DNA of 64,000 nucleotides from Octopus vulgaris (GCA_951406725.2 OX597832.1:43028001-43092000), one strand, 5' to 3'; positions 1-13,290 are shown, counted from the stretch's first letter. A program made the numbers and translations. The notes: generated by a model from the letters alone, not told the origin.

Positions 1-32
<32 letters not shown>

Positions 33-550
33 TATATATATATACACACATACACACATCTATCTTCCTATGTATCTATATTTATGTATCTCTCTTCTTC
101 TCCCTCTCTTTCTCTCTGTATGCCGGTATATATATATACATTTATATATATAAGTGCATATGTAGTATATGCGTATGTGTATACAACAGGCACTTTCACA
201 TGTATATTATATGTAATACACATATTTATGCTTGTATATGCGTTCCCCTGTTTGCATATATGTGCGCGTGTACGTATGTGTGTATATGTATGCATGTATG
301 TATGTATTTATGTATGTATGTATGTATGTATGTTTGTATGTATGTATGTATGTATGTATGTATGTATTTATGTATGTATGTATGTATTTATGTATGTATG
401 TTTGTATGTATGTATTATGTATTTATGTATGTATGTATGTATGTATGTATGTATGTATGTATGCATGTATGTATGTATGTAGGTATGTATGTCTGTGTGT
501 ATGTATGTATGTATGTATGTGTGTATGTATGTGTGTGTGTGTATGTATGT
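1..550. repeat. (TA)n/(TATG)n microsatellite
   Basis: Direct reading of the sequence; it produces the MYVC/HTYI pseudo-ORFs. Confidence 0.95.
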
Positions 551-739
551 ACAAGTCGACGGCATAAAACAAATGGAAATTATAATGAAATAATACAACT
601 ATATTTTGGGTAAGTTTTTCCTTTGATTTTTGTTTTTGCTTTTCTTTTGTCTGTGATTTTTTTTTTCTGTTTTTGATGTTGTAATAAACGGTTTCCACAT
701 GACACAAAGTCATAACGGGGTAAAAGGGAAAAAAAATCA

Positions 740-1490
740 GCAGGAAGAAGAGGACAATTTTGATGAGGATGATGTGAAAGAGGGGTGAAAGAGGAAGAGG
801 GGCAAAAATAGGAGGAGGAAGGGGAGGTCGAAGAGAAAAAAGATGATGAGGAGGAGAAAGTGGAAAAGGAGTAGGATGAGAAGAAGGGGGGAAAATAGAA
901 AGAGGATCTGAAGAAAGTGAAGAATGACGAAGAGGAAGAGGAGGGGAAATGAAGTGGAGGAGGAATTGAGGAGGAAGGAAAAACGAAGTGGCGAGGGAAA
1001 AGAAGAGGAGGTTGAAGAGAAGGAGAAGAGGAGGGGAAAGTTTAGAAGTCAGTGGGAGAAGAGGAGGAAGAAGAGGAAGAGGTAAAGCAGGAAGCGGAGG
1101 AGGAAGAGGTAAAGCAGGAAGCGGAGGAGGAAGAAGAGGAGAAATGAAGTGGAGGAGGAATTGAGAAGGCAGGAAAAACGACGTGGAAAGGGAAAAGAAG
1201 AGGAGGTTGAAGAGAAAGAGAAGAGGAGGGGAAGAGGAAGAAGAAGAGGAAGAGGTAGAGCAGGAAGAGGAGGAGGAAGAAGAGGAGAAATGAAGTGGAG
1301 GAGAAATGAAGTGGAGGAGAAATGAAGTGGAGGAGAAATTGAGGAGGAAGGAAAAAATAAGTGGAGGGGGAAAAGAAGAGGAGATTGAAGGGAAGGAGAA
1401 GAGGAGGGGAAAGCGGAGAAGCCAGTGGGAGAGGAGGAGGAAGAAGAGGAAGGGGTAAAGCAGGAAGCGGAGGAGGAAGAGGAGAAGGAT
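740..1490. repeat. Purine-rich (GAG/GAA) low-complexity tract with internal repeats such as GGAGAAATGAAGTGGA
   Basis: Almost pure A/G on the + strand, with repeated subunits. Confidence 0.85.
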
Positions 1491-1854
1491 TTACCAAGAA
1501 CGTCGTCAACATTAAGCATTTCAACGTTGAGCATGAAAAGAGCCACAAGATTTATCTACAACATCAACAATAGCAAAACAAGGAAAACAAGAGCAGCAAA
1601 GGAAACCTAAAGAATATACATAATAGAGAGCAACATATAAATATTGACAAAGAGTAAAGAAAGAACCGTTGTAATGGAAAACAAAAGAGCATTGCAACAT
1701 GAAAAATACGTTGAACAGTAACAACTGTAACAGTAATATTCTATAAGAGAAATAATAGCAACAACCAGTTGTACAATAGCAGCAGGAATTAGTACTATAT
1801 TGCTAAATAAGCATTGTACAACAGCAATAACATGTAAAAAATACAATATTTATA

Positions 1855-2365
1855 TAGGCGCAGGAGTGGCTGTGTGGTAAGTAGCTTGCTAACCAAGCAC
1901 ATGGTTCCGGGTTCAGTCCCACTGCGTGGCACCTTGGGCAAGTGTCTTCTGCTATAGCCCCGGGCCGACCAATGCCTTGTGAGTGGATTTGGTAGACGGA
2001 AACTGAAAGAAGCCTGTCGTATATATATGTATGTATATATATGTGTGTTTGTGTTTGTGTGTCTGTGTTTGTCCCCCTAGCATTGCTTGACAACCGATGC
2101 TGGTGTGTTTACGTCCCCGTCACTTAGCGGTTCGGCAAAAGAGACCGATAGAATAAGTACTAGGCTTACAAAGAATAAGTCCTGGGGGGTCGATTTGCTC
2201 GACTAAAAAAAAAAGGCGGTGCTCCAGCATGGCCGCAGTCAAAATGACTGAAACAAGTAAAAGAGTAAAAGAGTAATAAGTCCTGGGGTCAATTTGTTTG
2301 ACTAAAAGGCGGTGCTCCAGCATGGCCGCAGTCAAAATGACTGAAACAAGTAAAAGAGTAAAAAG
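1855..2365 (+). mobile_element. tRNA-derived SINE family A, with a tandemly duplicated 3' tail
   Basis: A-box TGGCTGTGTGG, B-box GGTTCAGTCCC, CORE-like CCTTGGGCAAGT, an internal (TA)/(TG) microsatellite, and tail ...CAGCATGGCCGCAGTCAAAATGACTGAAACAAGTAAAAGAG present twice. About 10 homologous copies occur in the window. Confidence 0.9.
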
Positions 2366-2787
2366 AGATATATCAGCAGAAAACGAAAAGATGTGTCGTC
2401 TGCAAGATGGAGAAGAAAAAAAAATGATACTAAAAATCGGAGAAGGTAAAAATAGGAAAGAAGCAGAACATGCCTATACGAGATTAATTTTGCTGCGATG
2501 AAAATCTGAAGGCAATTTCGATTCAAGCCAAGATTCACTTGATTCTGTCAGGATGATTTCGTAATATGATAATTAGAAGAAGGTCAGCCATCTTGTCTCG
2601 CGGGTGTTCGTAAGAGAACAATGCTGAAATGTGAGTTTAGTAAAGAGATGGAAATTTACGAGTTTCGTTTGAATGGATATTACCGAACAAGAAGAGGAGA
2701 GAAGCGAAATAAAGAAAACTGATTCTCTTACACAATAGTGAAATTAAAACTTATGCAAATGTATGATTAAACTGTGTGTTTGTATAT

Positions 2788-2823
<36 letters not shown>

Positions 2824-2841
2824 GTATGTATGTATATACAT

Positions 2842-2874
<33 letters not shown>

Positions 2875-3040
2875 CATATATATATAACTAGCTTGAGGTG
2901 TCCTCTTGGGACACACACAAAAATCGCAGTAGTGTCCGCTCGAAAGGACAGCCATGTTAAAGTGACTACGAATATATATACATATATATACACACGCACA
3001 CGTATGTATATATGGCTACACACACGCACACGTTCTCTTC

Positions 3041-3525
3041 CAGGAGTGGCTGTGTGGTAAGTAGCATGTTTACCAACCACAAGGTTCCGGTTTCATCCCA
3101 CTGCGTGGTACCTTGGGCAAGTGTATTCTATTATAGCCTCGAGCCGACCAAAGCCTTGTGAGAGGATTTGGTAAACGGAAACTGAAAGAAGCCCGTCGTA
3201 TATATGTATATATTTATATTCCTGAGCGCCATACTAATACAATTGTTTGTTTGTACTCCACCTGCCTTCGTCTTTTGTATATTTTCATAAAGCTTCCCGT
3301 TATATATATGCGTGTGTGTGTTTGTTTGTCTGTGTTTGTCCCCCTAGTACTGCTTGACAACCGATGCTGGTGTGTTTATGTCCCCGTTACTTAACGGTTC
3401 GGCAAAAGAAGTCCGATAGAATAAGTACTGGACTTACAAAAGAATAAGTCCCGGGGTCGAGTTGCTCGATTAAAGGCGGTGCTGCAGCATGGCCGCAGTC
3501 AAATGACCGAAACAAGTAAAAGATA
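3041..3525 (+). mobile_element. SINE family A, interrupted at 3217-3300 by a Penelope-like (P2) fragment
   Basis: Homologous to 1855-2272. The insert matches the 3' part of 25335-25528. Confidence 0.85.
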
Positions 3526-3636
3526 GATATATAAATATATTCTCTTCATGTATATCTATATATACTACTAATATAAGATAAAAATTTTTTCAGAAAAAAT
3601 TTCATCAAAAATTATACATTCTTTATATTAATATTG

Positions 3637-3850
3637 AGGTGGCGTCTGGCAGAATCGTTAGCACTCTGGACGAAATACTTACCGATATTTCGTCTGCCAC
3701 TACGATCTGAGTTCAATTTCCGCCGAGGTCGACTTTGCCTTTCATACTTTCGGGATCGATAAAATAAGTACCAGGGAAACACTGGGGTCGATGTAATCGA
3801 CTAGTTCCTTCCCGCCAAATTGCTGCCTGCATGGCAACATTTGAAACCAT
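3637..3850 (+). mobile_element. tRNA-derived SINE family B
   Basis: Head TGGCAGAATCGTTAGC...GAGTTCAATTTCC and central GACTTTGCCTTTCATNCTTTCGGGNTCGATAAAATAAGTACC. Many copies in the window. Confidence 0.85.
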
Positions 3851-3996
3851 TATGTTTGTATGCGCGTATGAGTGTATATAGGTTATATAATAATTCTTAA
3901 CTAGGTTTCTGAAATTACAAGAGAGAGAGAGAGAGAGAGAGAGAGATAGGTGAGCGAGAGAATGAGAGGAGGAAATGACACACCAACATAAAAGCC

Positions 3997-4040
<44 letters not shown>

Positions 4041-4223
4041 GGGGGTAGTAGTAGTAGTACTAGTAGTAGAAGTAGTAGCAGCAGCATCAACAACAGTAGT
4101 AGTAGTAGTAGTAGTAATAGTAGTAGTAGTGGGGGGGTAGTAGTAGTTGAAGAAGAAGAAGAAGAAGAAGAAGAGGAAGAAAAAGAAGAAGAAGAAGAAG
4201 GAGGAGGAGGAGAAGAAGAAGAA

Positions 4224-4270
<47 letters not shown>

Positions 4271-4272
4271 AG
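3997..4272. repeat. (TAG)n and (GAA)n microsatellites
   Basis: Direct reading. Confidence 0.95.
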
Positions 4273-5130
4273 TATAGTGGTGGGCGTAGTTGTACTTATT
4301 TCAGAGTCAAATGCAAAGCATTGCGAGTCAGTGCAGCGCCCGCCATACAGTGCAATATATATATATTGCAGTGTGCAGCGCCGTGCTGCAACTAAGTACT
4401 TCATATGCTACCATATGTTGTTACTGCGAGCAGGTCACATGTAAATCTACGAAAAGACTTGAGATTTTTTTTTTTTTTTTTTTTTTTTTAGGTTGTTGTA
4501 GATGATATCATTAAGCGATGCTGCTGCCACGAATGTACTCAATACTTGTGCACCGCCGCACGGCGATATGGTAGAGAGAGCTGGATGCAGGAAGAAATAC
4601 CGATGATGTTCCTTTAACAATGCATCTACCATTTTTTTGAGGGGGGCGGGCTTTTTCAAAAGAAAAAAATAGGTCGGGGTTCGACTTCAGAATAATATGG
4701 AATAATAAGAGAGATAAATTTTGAATGCAGATGCACGAGGGATATACATACATATGAACACACACACACATACACACAGAGAAACACGCACCACACACAC
4801 ATGCAAGCATACACGTGCACGTACACGCGTGCGCACGCAGTCATGGTGGAAAAGAAACACATGAAAATCTACTTTAAGCTCAGCGCTCTTTTTTTTTATG
4901 CCGCAAGAAAGCGTTGTTACTAATGTAATATTAATGAAAACAACACGATGAAGATGATGATGACGATGATGATGATGATGAAGAAGAAGGTGGTGGAGTT
5001 GGCGGTGGCTATGTTGGTGTTGGTGGTGATGATGATGATGATGAAGAAGGTGGTGGAGTTGGCGGTGGCTATGTTGGTGTTGATGATGATGATGATGATG
5101 GTGCTGTGTCGGAGGAGGAAATTAGAGATA

Positions 5131-5723
5131 CAGTACGAGTTTAATTCGCGCAGTACGGGTTTAATTCGTTCCATGACCTAACTTGTTTTAGTATTTACTC
5201 GTTTTATAAATCAATTTTCCCCCCCATTGAAATTAACTAAAATATAATTAATCCGTTGCACCCAAAATCACACCAAAATAATTTTTTATGGGTCTAAAAC
5301 AGAAAAGGTGCAGTTACCATTAAAATTATACAATTATGAAAAAGAGAATGCATCAGAAATATGTAAACTGGTTTTATTAATTGAATTACCTTAAAGATGG
5401 GACAATTTGTGCACGAGGAAGACGATAGAGCGGTGAGGTGGAAGGGTTACTGTTTGGAAGGAGGATCACCTCCCATTAAGACTTCATGAGGGACAATTTC
5501 TGGAGTTTTCTCTCTCCACTTAATTAAGGATTTTTGAGTACACTTTCTTCACTCTTTACACTTGCAGTTCGTTTCATAAGAAACATATTAAGAGAAGTCT
5601 GCTTTTTCCTGCCTTTCAAAATGTTACGAAAATGCGCCGCCAGAGCAGTGTCATTAAATAAAGCCGCTGCACGACTTGTAGCTACTTTTTCAGGATGATA
5701 TTTTTCTACAAATTCAGAAACAT
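5131..5723 (-). mobile_element. Tigger/pogo-family DNA transposon, 3' part (transposase C-terminus plus terminal region)
   Basis: The minus strand translates VSEFVEKYHPEKVATSRAAALFNDTALAAHFRNILKGRKKQTSLNMFL...MGGDPPSKQ* (stop 5447-5449), typical of Tigger transposase C-termini. It ends in ...GGAACGAATTAAAC...ACTG|TA with a TA target at 5129-5130. Confidence 0.75.
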
Positions 5724-5745
5724 AGTTAGTTAGTTAGTTAGTTAT

Positions 5746-5776
<31 letters not shown>

Positions 5777-6220
5777 ATTTCTGGCTCAAAAAGCAAAAAG
5801 CAAAAAGCAAAAAGCAAAATAAAAGCAAGGCCATGTAGAGGGACATGGAGTTATGTACAGGGAGGGTGTTCATGTAAAGAGTTCAGGCCACTTGTGATCA
5901 AGGGAGACTTTGAACCGAGCGATCGTCGGCATCTTCACCATCTCGTCCGGCAGCTTATTCCACGGATCCACAACCCGGACGGAGAAAACCCCTCTCCTTC
6001 GATTGAGATGAAATCGTCGCAGATAGAGCTTTTCGGAGTGACCCCGCAGCCGACGTTCTGGAGCAGGAGTGAAGAACAGCTCTTTCGAGAGGTTACACTT
6101 TCCGCTTATGATGTTGTGAGCAAGAATGAGATCACCACGGCGTCGTCGTTTTTTTGGAGAATAAAGGTCGAGCGTCTTCAGTCTTTCTTCATAAGACAAA
6201 TGCTTGAGACCAAGAACCAT
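5724..6220 (-). mobile_element. CR1-clade LINE 3' end (5'-truncated) with (TAAC)n tail
   Basis: ORF 5870-6253 reads GLKHLSYEERLKTLDLYS..RRRRGDLI...RGHSEKL...FSVRVVDPWNKLP, the CR1 ORF2 C-terminus. (AGTT)n lies at 5724-5775 on the + strand. Confidence 0.9.
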
Positions 6221-6582
6221 GAACCAAGAAACATAGTACCACTTTGCCAACACTGCCTATATGTCACTCGTAGAGATAGCCTTCTCCGCTACACTGTCTT
6301 CCGTTACACTGCCAGGCCACATCGATGATTTTATTGGATAGCCGTTGACTCTCAAGAGTTAATCCGCCCTTTGACAGGTTTTGTTTTTCATCCTGCAGGA
6401 TGTCCAAAAAACACCCTCATCACCAAGCAAGCTTGGTGGGGTTGCCGGTTTAGTCGCCGAGAACCCGACCATGCAATAGGTTGTACTGGGTTACATGTAA
6501 CCAGTAGCACTCGAAAGTGACATGACACAATATATATATGCATACATACATGCATACATACACATATACATACATACATACA

Positions 6583-6614
<32 letters not shown>

Positions 6615-6693
6615 CATGACATAGGTATGAACACTTTGCAGCCACTTTGTAACTTCTGCTATTAAATAATATATGCGTGTGTCTGGGTGTGTG

Positions 6694-6754
<61 letters not shown>

Positions 6755-6782
6755 CACGCACATAACTATATATACATATATC

Positions 6783-7013
6783 TATTTCTTTACTACCCAT
6801 AAGGGGCTAAACATAGAGAGGACAAACAAGGACAGACAAACGGATTAAATCGATTATATCGACCCCAGTGCGTAACTGGTACTTATTTAATCGACCCCGA
6901 AAGGATGAAAGGCAAAGTCGACCTCGGCGGAATTTGAACTCAGAACGTAACGGCAGACGAAATACGGCTACGTATTTCGCCCGGCGTGCTAACGTTTCTG
7001 CCAGCTCGCCGCC
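6783..7013 (-). mobile_element. SINE family B, full length, with a 20-bp TSD
   Basis: Perfect TAACTATATATACATATATC at 6763-6782 and 7014-7033. Confidence 0.92.
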
Positions 7014-7030
7014 TAACTATATATACATAT

Positions 7031-7062
<32 letters not shown>

Positions 7063-7495
7063 GTGAGATCATCTGTTCTCACCAAATTGAATACGCCAAT
7101 ACTATGGATATCAGCTTTGCTTTCTTTTGTAACCCTCCATATACATCATTTCATTCTGCGTCTGCCCAATTCTTGACATTATCCATTTACTCATCTTCTC
7201 TCTTCTTCACATTAATTTCGTCTTCCATTAATAGTGTCTGGAAACCATGCTTTTTTTTTCATATCTAATTAAGTTTTCGCCATGTTTAAATTTTGTTTCG
7301 TTATTTTCCTTCCCTTTGATGGAACCTAATTAATTTTTTTTTGTTAATAATTTCTGTTTTAATATATTTTATTCTTCATTCTTTTAAGCTTTGTCAGTCC
7401 TCAATGATCTTTTCAAAGATTTCCTCTATGCCCACATCTCGAAGTCTTGCAATAAATTTGATAATAGTTTACCCAATGTCCATGCTTCAACTCTA
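7031..7495 (-). mobile_element. Degenerate RTE-clade LINE 3' end with (GAT)n tail
   Basis: The minus strand reads VEAWTLGKLLSNLLQDFEMWA*RK... and QTLLMEDEINVKKRE..MDNVKNW, matching RTE C-terminal motifs EAWTL/FEMW/MDNIK.W. (CAT)n at 7031-7062. Confidence 0.65.
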
Positions 7496-7522
7496 CAAAC
7501 AGGGGGAGTGGGGGAGATAGGG

Positions 7523-7565
<43 letters not shown>

Positions 7566-7857
7566 ATACGTATTTCATTAATCTTGCTCTGCTTTCGATA
7601 TTAATGTTTCTTTATTATTTTTTTATCTGTTTCCGTTATTGGACTATGGCCATGCCGGGGCGCCACCTGGCAAGGTACGGTCGAACAAATCGACTCTAGT
7701 ACCTATTTTTGAATACGTCTATTTATCCTATCGGACGAACTGCCTTTTATGAGGACGTAAACAAACCACCACCAGTTGTCAAGAAGCGAAGGGGAACAAA
7801 CCCAAAACATACAGACACGCCCACGACGAATACACACACACACACATACATACACAT

Positions 7858-8052
7858 GTGACCGCGTGTGTACCGTTGGCGATTTTTTTCCTCCGTCTTC
7901 CCTTCTCTGGATCTTTCCTTTTTCCTATGTTTCTGACGAAGAGATCTGCTCGAAACGTTAAACCCGCCTTCTTCCCTTCCTTCCTGAGCGTCCAATAATA
8001 CTATATTTGTTCCACGTCCTCGCGTTGTTGTGTTTTCATGTTTGGATTAACT
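7858..8052 (+). mobile_element. Hammerhead-bearing Penelope-like/retrozyme fragment, family P1
   Basis: ~195-bp sequence also found at 23262-23466 (+) and 32430-32640 (-), always flanked by (TA)n/(CA)n. Confidence 0.75.
7929..7963 (+). ncRNA. Minimal type I hammerhead ribozyme motif (P1)
   Basis: GTTT-CTGACGA-A-GAG atctg CTC-GAAA-CG-TT-AAAC: stem I GTTT/AAAC, stem II GAG/CTC, and palindromic AACGTT in place of stem III. Confidence 0.65.
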
Positions 8053-8239
8053 ATATATATATATATATATATACGACTGGTTTCCTCGTAGTTTCTGTCT
8101 AGCAAAGTCACTTATAAGTCATTGAGCGCCCCTGGGTTATGGAAGACGACGCTTGCCCAAGGTGCTGTGCAGTGGGACAGATCCCAAAACCACGTGGTGA
8201 CAGAGCCATTCTTGCATCTGCGGCATGTCCGATATTATA

Positions 8240-8450
8240 TTCAAGTAATTTCTTTTAGCCCTCTGAACACTTCTTTTGATCTCTGATTCACATTTCTCAT
8301 CTTCTGATTCTCCTTAATTGTAATATTTTATTTTTGTGATGAGTATATCTTCCTTGTTACCATTGATTTTGCTCTCATTTCCATTTCATGCGACAATCCT
8401 TTGTCCTTTACATTAGTTACAAGCTTTTCTGGGTGATATTTGTTGAATGT
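8240..8450 (-). mobile_element. Upstream piece of the same degenerate RTE LINE
   Basis: The minus strand reads EDEKCESEIKRSVQRAKRNY, resembling the RTE motif EDG.CE.EIKRRI..AK.AF. Confidence 0.5.
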
Positions 8451-8516
8451 TATTAAAGTAAAAATAATACATTTCTAAATTTCTCAGAGAGATTTATACA
8501 GTAGTGATACAATAAA

Positions 8517-8730
8517 GGCGGCGAACTGGCAGAAACGTTAGCTCGCCGGGCGAAATGCGTAGCCGTATTTCGTCTTCCGTTACGTTCTGAGTTCAAATTC
8601 CGCCGAGATCGACTTTGCCTTTCATCCTTTCGGGGTCGATAAATTAAGTACCAGTTACGAACTGAGGTTGATGTGATCGACTTAATCCGTTTGTCCCTTC
8701 TATTAACCCCTTGTGGGTAATAAAAAAACA
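8517..8730 (+). mobile_element. SINE family B
   Basis: Homologous to 6783-7013. Confidence 0.88.
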
Positions 8731-9406
8731 GATTCGATAAAGTAGTTGTATACTGTCAACTTAATGTGACAGTCCCATGAAGGGAATAATACTACTGCTA
8801 TTTGGCCCTAGGAAGCAGCAAAGCTTCCTGTTGCACTTGACACATTTCCTGGGTCCTTATGTTTACAAGGGGAAGATAAGCACCCCCACTCAGCTAAGTC
8901 AACATATATGCAGAGATCGATAGAATAAGTACCGGGCTTAAAAAGCAAAATAGGTCCTGAGGGTCGATTTGTTCAACTGAAACAGCCCTTCAATGTGGTG
9001 CCCCGGCTTGGCCGCCGTCTAATGACTGAAACAAGTACAAAAATAAAAGACAAGAAAAATAACAGAAAACAAAGAATAATGACAACAATAACAACAGCAA
9101 GAACAAAGAAAAATAACAACAACAACGGCTATGATAACAGCAATGGCAACAACAATAAAAATAACAACAATTAGCATAACAGCATCAATAAGAAATGCAA
9201 TATAAATAACAATAAAAGCAAGAAAATCGACAGTATAAGCGCAGGAGTGGCTGTGTGGTAAGTAGCTTGCTTATCAACCACATGGTTCCGAGTTCAGTCC
9301 CACTGAGTGGCATCTTGGGCAAGTGTCTTCTGCTATAACCTCGGACCGACCAAAGCATTGTGAGTGGATTTGGTAGACGCAAACTGAAAGAAGCCCGTTG
9401 TATATA

Positions 9407-9455
<49 letters not shown>

Positions 9456-9557
9456 GGAGTAAACACATAAATGTGAAACAAGGTGGAAAAAAGAGTACTC
9501 AAATACCAGTGGTAGAGTAATATGCTTTATTTTAAGCAGCAGAAAAATCAACAAAAT

Positions 9558-9595
9558 CTGTTACTCTGAGTTTCTCGTTGCCGTTCATCAGACAG
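9558..9595 (-). ncRNA. Type I hammerhead ribozyme motif
   Basis: Minus strand CTGT-CTGATGA-A CG GCAA CG A-GAAA-CTC A GAG-TA-ACAG, with a GUA cleavage triplet and stem I CTGT/ACAG. Confidence 0.7.
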
Positions 9596-9854
9596 TTTTG
9601 CTAGAATGGAACATATATATTAATTCAATCTATACTCTACAAACGCTACACCTTTAAAAGAAATGGACTTGTTTGATTGCCCTTTAGAAAAAAACGGTCA
9701 ATCTTCGAGCGATAAACAAAAACCTTTTTGTTTATCGCTCGAAGATTGACCGTTTTTTTCTAAAGGGCAATCAAACAAGTCCATTTCTTTTTAAAGGTGT
9801 AGCGTTTGTAAGAGTATAGATTGAATTAATATATATGTTCCATTCTAGCAAAAA

Positions 9855-9891
9855 CTGTCTGATGAACGGCAACGAGAAACTCAGAGAACAG
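9855..9891 (+). ncRNA. Hammerhead motif, inverted copy lacking U16.1 (likely inactive)
   Basis: CTGT-CTGATGA-ACGGCAACGA-GAAA-CTCAGAG-A-ACAG. Confidence 0.6.
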
Positions 9892-9923
9892 ATTTTGTTG
9901 ATTTTTCTGCTGCTTAAAATAAA

Positions 9924-10024
<101 letters not shown>

Positions 10025-10262
10025 TGTACATATATATATATGTGTGTCTGTCTGTGTGTCTCTGTGTGTGTATTTGTGTGTCTGTGTTTACGTCCCCGTA
10101 ACTTAGCGGTTCTACAAAAGAGAACCGATAGAATAAGTACTGGGCTTACAAAAGAATAAGTCCTGGGGTCGATTTGCTCGCCTAAAGTCGGTGCTCCAGC
10201 ATGGCCGCAGTCAAATGACTGAAACCAGTAAAAGAGTAACAATAATACAACAGAACTGATTC

Positions 10263-10735
10263 TACGACGACGACGACGACGGCGACGGCGACGGCGACGG
10301 CGACTACCACCACCACCACCATCGCCGCCACCATCGCCACTACCACCACCACCATCTTCACCACCATCGCCACCACCACCACCACCATCTTCACCACCAC
10401 CACCACCATCTTCACCACCATCGCCACCACCACCACCACCACCATCTTCACCACCATCGCCACCACCACCACCCTACCATCTTCACCACCATCGCCACCA
10501 CCACCACCACCACCATCGCCACCACCACCACCACCACCATCGCCACCACCACCACCACCACCATCTTCACCACCATCGCCACCACCACCACCACCATCTT
10601 CACCACCATCGCCACCACCACCACCCTACCATCTTCACCACCATCGCCACCACCACCACCACCACCATCGCCACCACCACCACCACCACCATCGCCACCA
10701 CCACCACCACCACCATCGCCACCACCACCACCAGC
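10263..10735. repeat. (CCA)n-derived compound repeat with a higher-order unit (ACCATCGCC/ACCATCTTC)
   Basis: Direct reading. Confidence 0.9.
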
Positions 10736-10920
10736 AGCCAAGAGGAATAACAACAGAAATACATAACAATGACAAATCAATGCTCAGAAATTTTAAAATT
10801 GCCAGTTGTTGCAGCAGATCTGCAGTTGCTATGGGTGGATGAGTGGCGGATATGTGACATTCTACGGTAGATATATGTACTCTGCTGCAACAACAGCAGC
10901 AGCAGGTTGCAACGGCAGCA

Positions 10921-10952
<32 letters not shown>

Positions 10953-11104
10953 CTCGGACTGCAACAAGAGCAACAGGTTGTGTGGCAGGAGCAGCAGAGT
11001 TGTGTCATATGTCATATTCCAGTATGGAAAAGGAATGTGAGAATAAGAGGAACAGAATATGAACGGAATAGATTGTAAAGGAGTAAGGAGGTGGGGTTAA
11101 AGAA

Positions 11105-11530
11105 GGGAGGATTTAAGGAATTATAGTAAAAGAATAGCGGAATTACCGAATGAAGGAATATGTGCTGTAAATGAAGGAATATATGCTGTAAATGTATAGG
11201 GAAGAAAGAAAGATTAAGGGAATTATAATAAAAGAATGGTGGGGTTACCGAATGAAGGAATATAGAATTTTAGAACAGAGAAAGATGGGAATGCTGTAAA
11301 TGTATAGGGGAGAAAGAAGGATTAAGGGAATTATAACAAAAGAATGGCGGGATTACCGAATGAAGGAATGTAGAATTTTAGAACAGGGAGACATGGGAAT
11401 GCTGTTAATGTATAAGGAAGAAGGATTAAGGGAATTATAACAAAAGAATAGCAGAATTACCGAATGAAGGAATATAGAATTTTAGAACAAAGGAAGATGG
11501 GAATGCTATAAAATGAATTGGGAATTATAG
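11105..11530. repeat. Minisatellite, ~105-117-bp unit, about 4 copies
   Basis: Recurring GGATTAAGGGAATTATAACAAAAGAAT...TTACCGAATGAAGGAATATAGAATTTTAGAAC...GGGAATGCTG. Confidence 0.85.
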
Positions 11531-12101
11531 AATGGAAAGACAAATAAGAGAACGGAATGAAATATAGGATACAGTACGGAAATATAAATACAGAAGGATT
11601 ATGCAGAAGAATAAAGGAATATAGAGAATGGAAATAGAAATAGAAATATAGAAGTAAAAATAAAAGAACTTGTCAGGCGAATATGCGAATAGGATTTAAT
11701 ATGAAGAAAGATATCCGTTTTTATACCTATTTATTCATTGCGTAGTTTAGGGTACTGGACAAGCAATTTTTTTTATAAAGAGAAAAGGGTATTAGCGCAT
11801 GTATATAAATGTATGCGTGTGTGTGTCTGGATACCTTTGCGCGCGTGTGTATATATATATATGTGTGTATGTATCTATTTATAAACATACACACACACAC
11901 ACATATATATATACACATACATACACACATACACACTCGCATATATATATATATGTTTGTACGTATATATACATACCTGTACATGCACACACATAGATAT
12001 GCCTATATGATTAAATCTGAAATATTTAATTATATATATATCTACATATATATATATATGTGTGTGTGTATGTGTAAATATGTAATATATATATACATAT
12101 G

Positions 12102-12163
<62 letters not shown>

Positions 12164-12186
12164 TAGATAGATTGATAGATAGATTG

Positions 12187-12277
<91 letters not shown>

Positions 12278-12430
12278 CAGATAGAATATAATTTACTGTG
12301 TGTATATATATAGTATGTTTTATTTGTAGCCTAAGTAATAAGGGCACAATTTACTTGGTAAAATTTCCCCCAAGCAAATTCCTGTGATGCAAACGTACAA
12401 ATGCACACATCTGCTTAACATCAGAAATCG

Positions 12431-12520
12431 ATGTCGAAGATGCTCATGATGATGATGATGGTGATGATGATGATGATGGCGGTGGTGGTGGCGTCGGCGC
12501 TCGTCATGACTGTGGTGATG

Positions 12521-12551
<31 letters not shown>

Positions 12552-12646
12552 CGACAAAAACGATGATGATGATGATGCTGATGATGAAGATGAAGACGAC
12601 GGCGACGATGGTCGTGATAACAGTGATTATGATGACGATAATGATA

Positions 12647-12695
<49 letters not shown>

Positions 12696-12996
12696 CGACG
12701 ATGACGACGATGACGACGATAATGATGATCATGATCGTGATGATGATGATGATGATGATGATGATGACGACGATGACGACGATGACGACGATAATGATGA
12801 TCATGATCGTGATGATGACAGCGACGACGACAACGACCATTACGATGACGGCGACTATAATTATGATGAGGGTGACGATGATTAAGATGACCCCGACGGA
12901 ACAAAATGACAGCATGTCCAATTAAGGGAATAAATTCTTCTTTCCCGCCTTCCACCTCCCTTTCTTCTCCTACGTCCCTGCATCCCCACCACAAGC

Positions 12997-13028
<32 letters not shown>

Positions 13029-13290
13029 CAACAACACCACTACCAATACCACACCACCAGCACCAACACCAAGACCAACAACACCACTACCACCACCAAC
13101 AACAACAACAACATCATGACCACCACTACCACCACCACCAACAACACCACCACTACCACCACCAACAACAACAATAACAACAACAACAACAACAACACCG
13201 CCGCCAACACCACCACCACCAACACCACCACCACCAACAACAACAACAGCAACAGCACCACTACCACCACCATTGCCACTACTACAACCA
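12431..13290. repeat. (GAT/GAC)n and (CAA/CAC)n trinucleotide tracts
   Basis: Direct reading. Confidence 0.9.

Larger units (their letters stand above)
7625..8205 (-). mobile_element. SINE family A (diverged), split by a P1 insert
   Basis: Tail half at 7625-7810 and head half at 8075-8205, both in minus orientation. Confidence 0.75.

Noticed and set aside
1855-1930. tRNA-like A/B boxes here and at other SINE heads
   Set aside because: There is no complete cloverleaf, and each is followed by a SINE body and tail. These are SINE heads, not tRNA genes.
5140-5300. Cluster of Hox/Pbx-like sites (ATAAATCA, TTTTATGG, TAATCC)
   Set aside because: Explained as the terminal region of the Tigger-like transposon.
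10635-11078. Poly-Ala/Ser/Gln ORFs on both strands
   Set aside because: They are driven by a (CAG)n tract, with no recognisable domain or clear exon borders.
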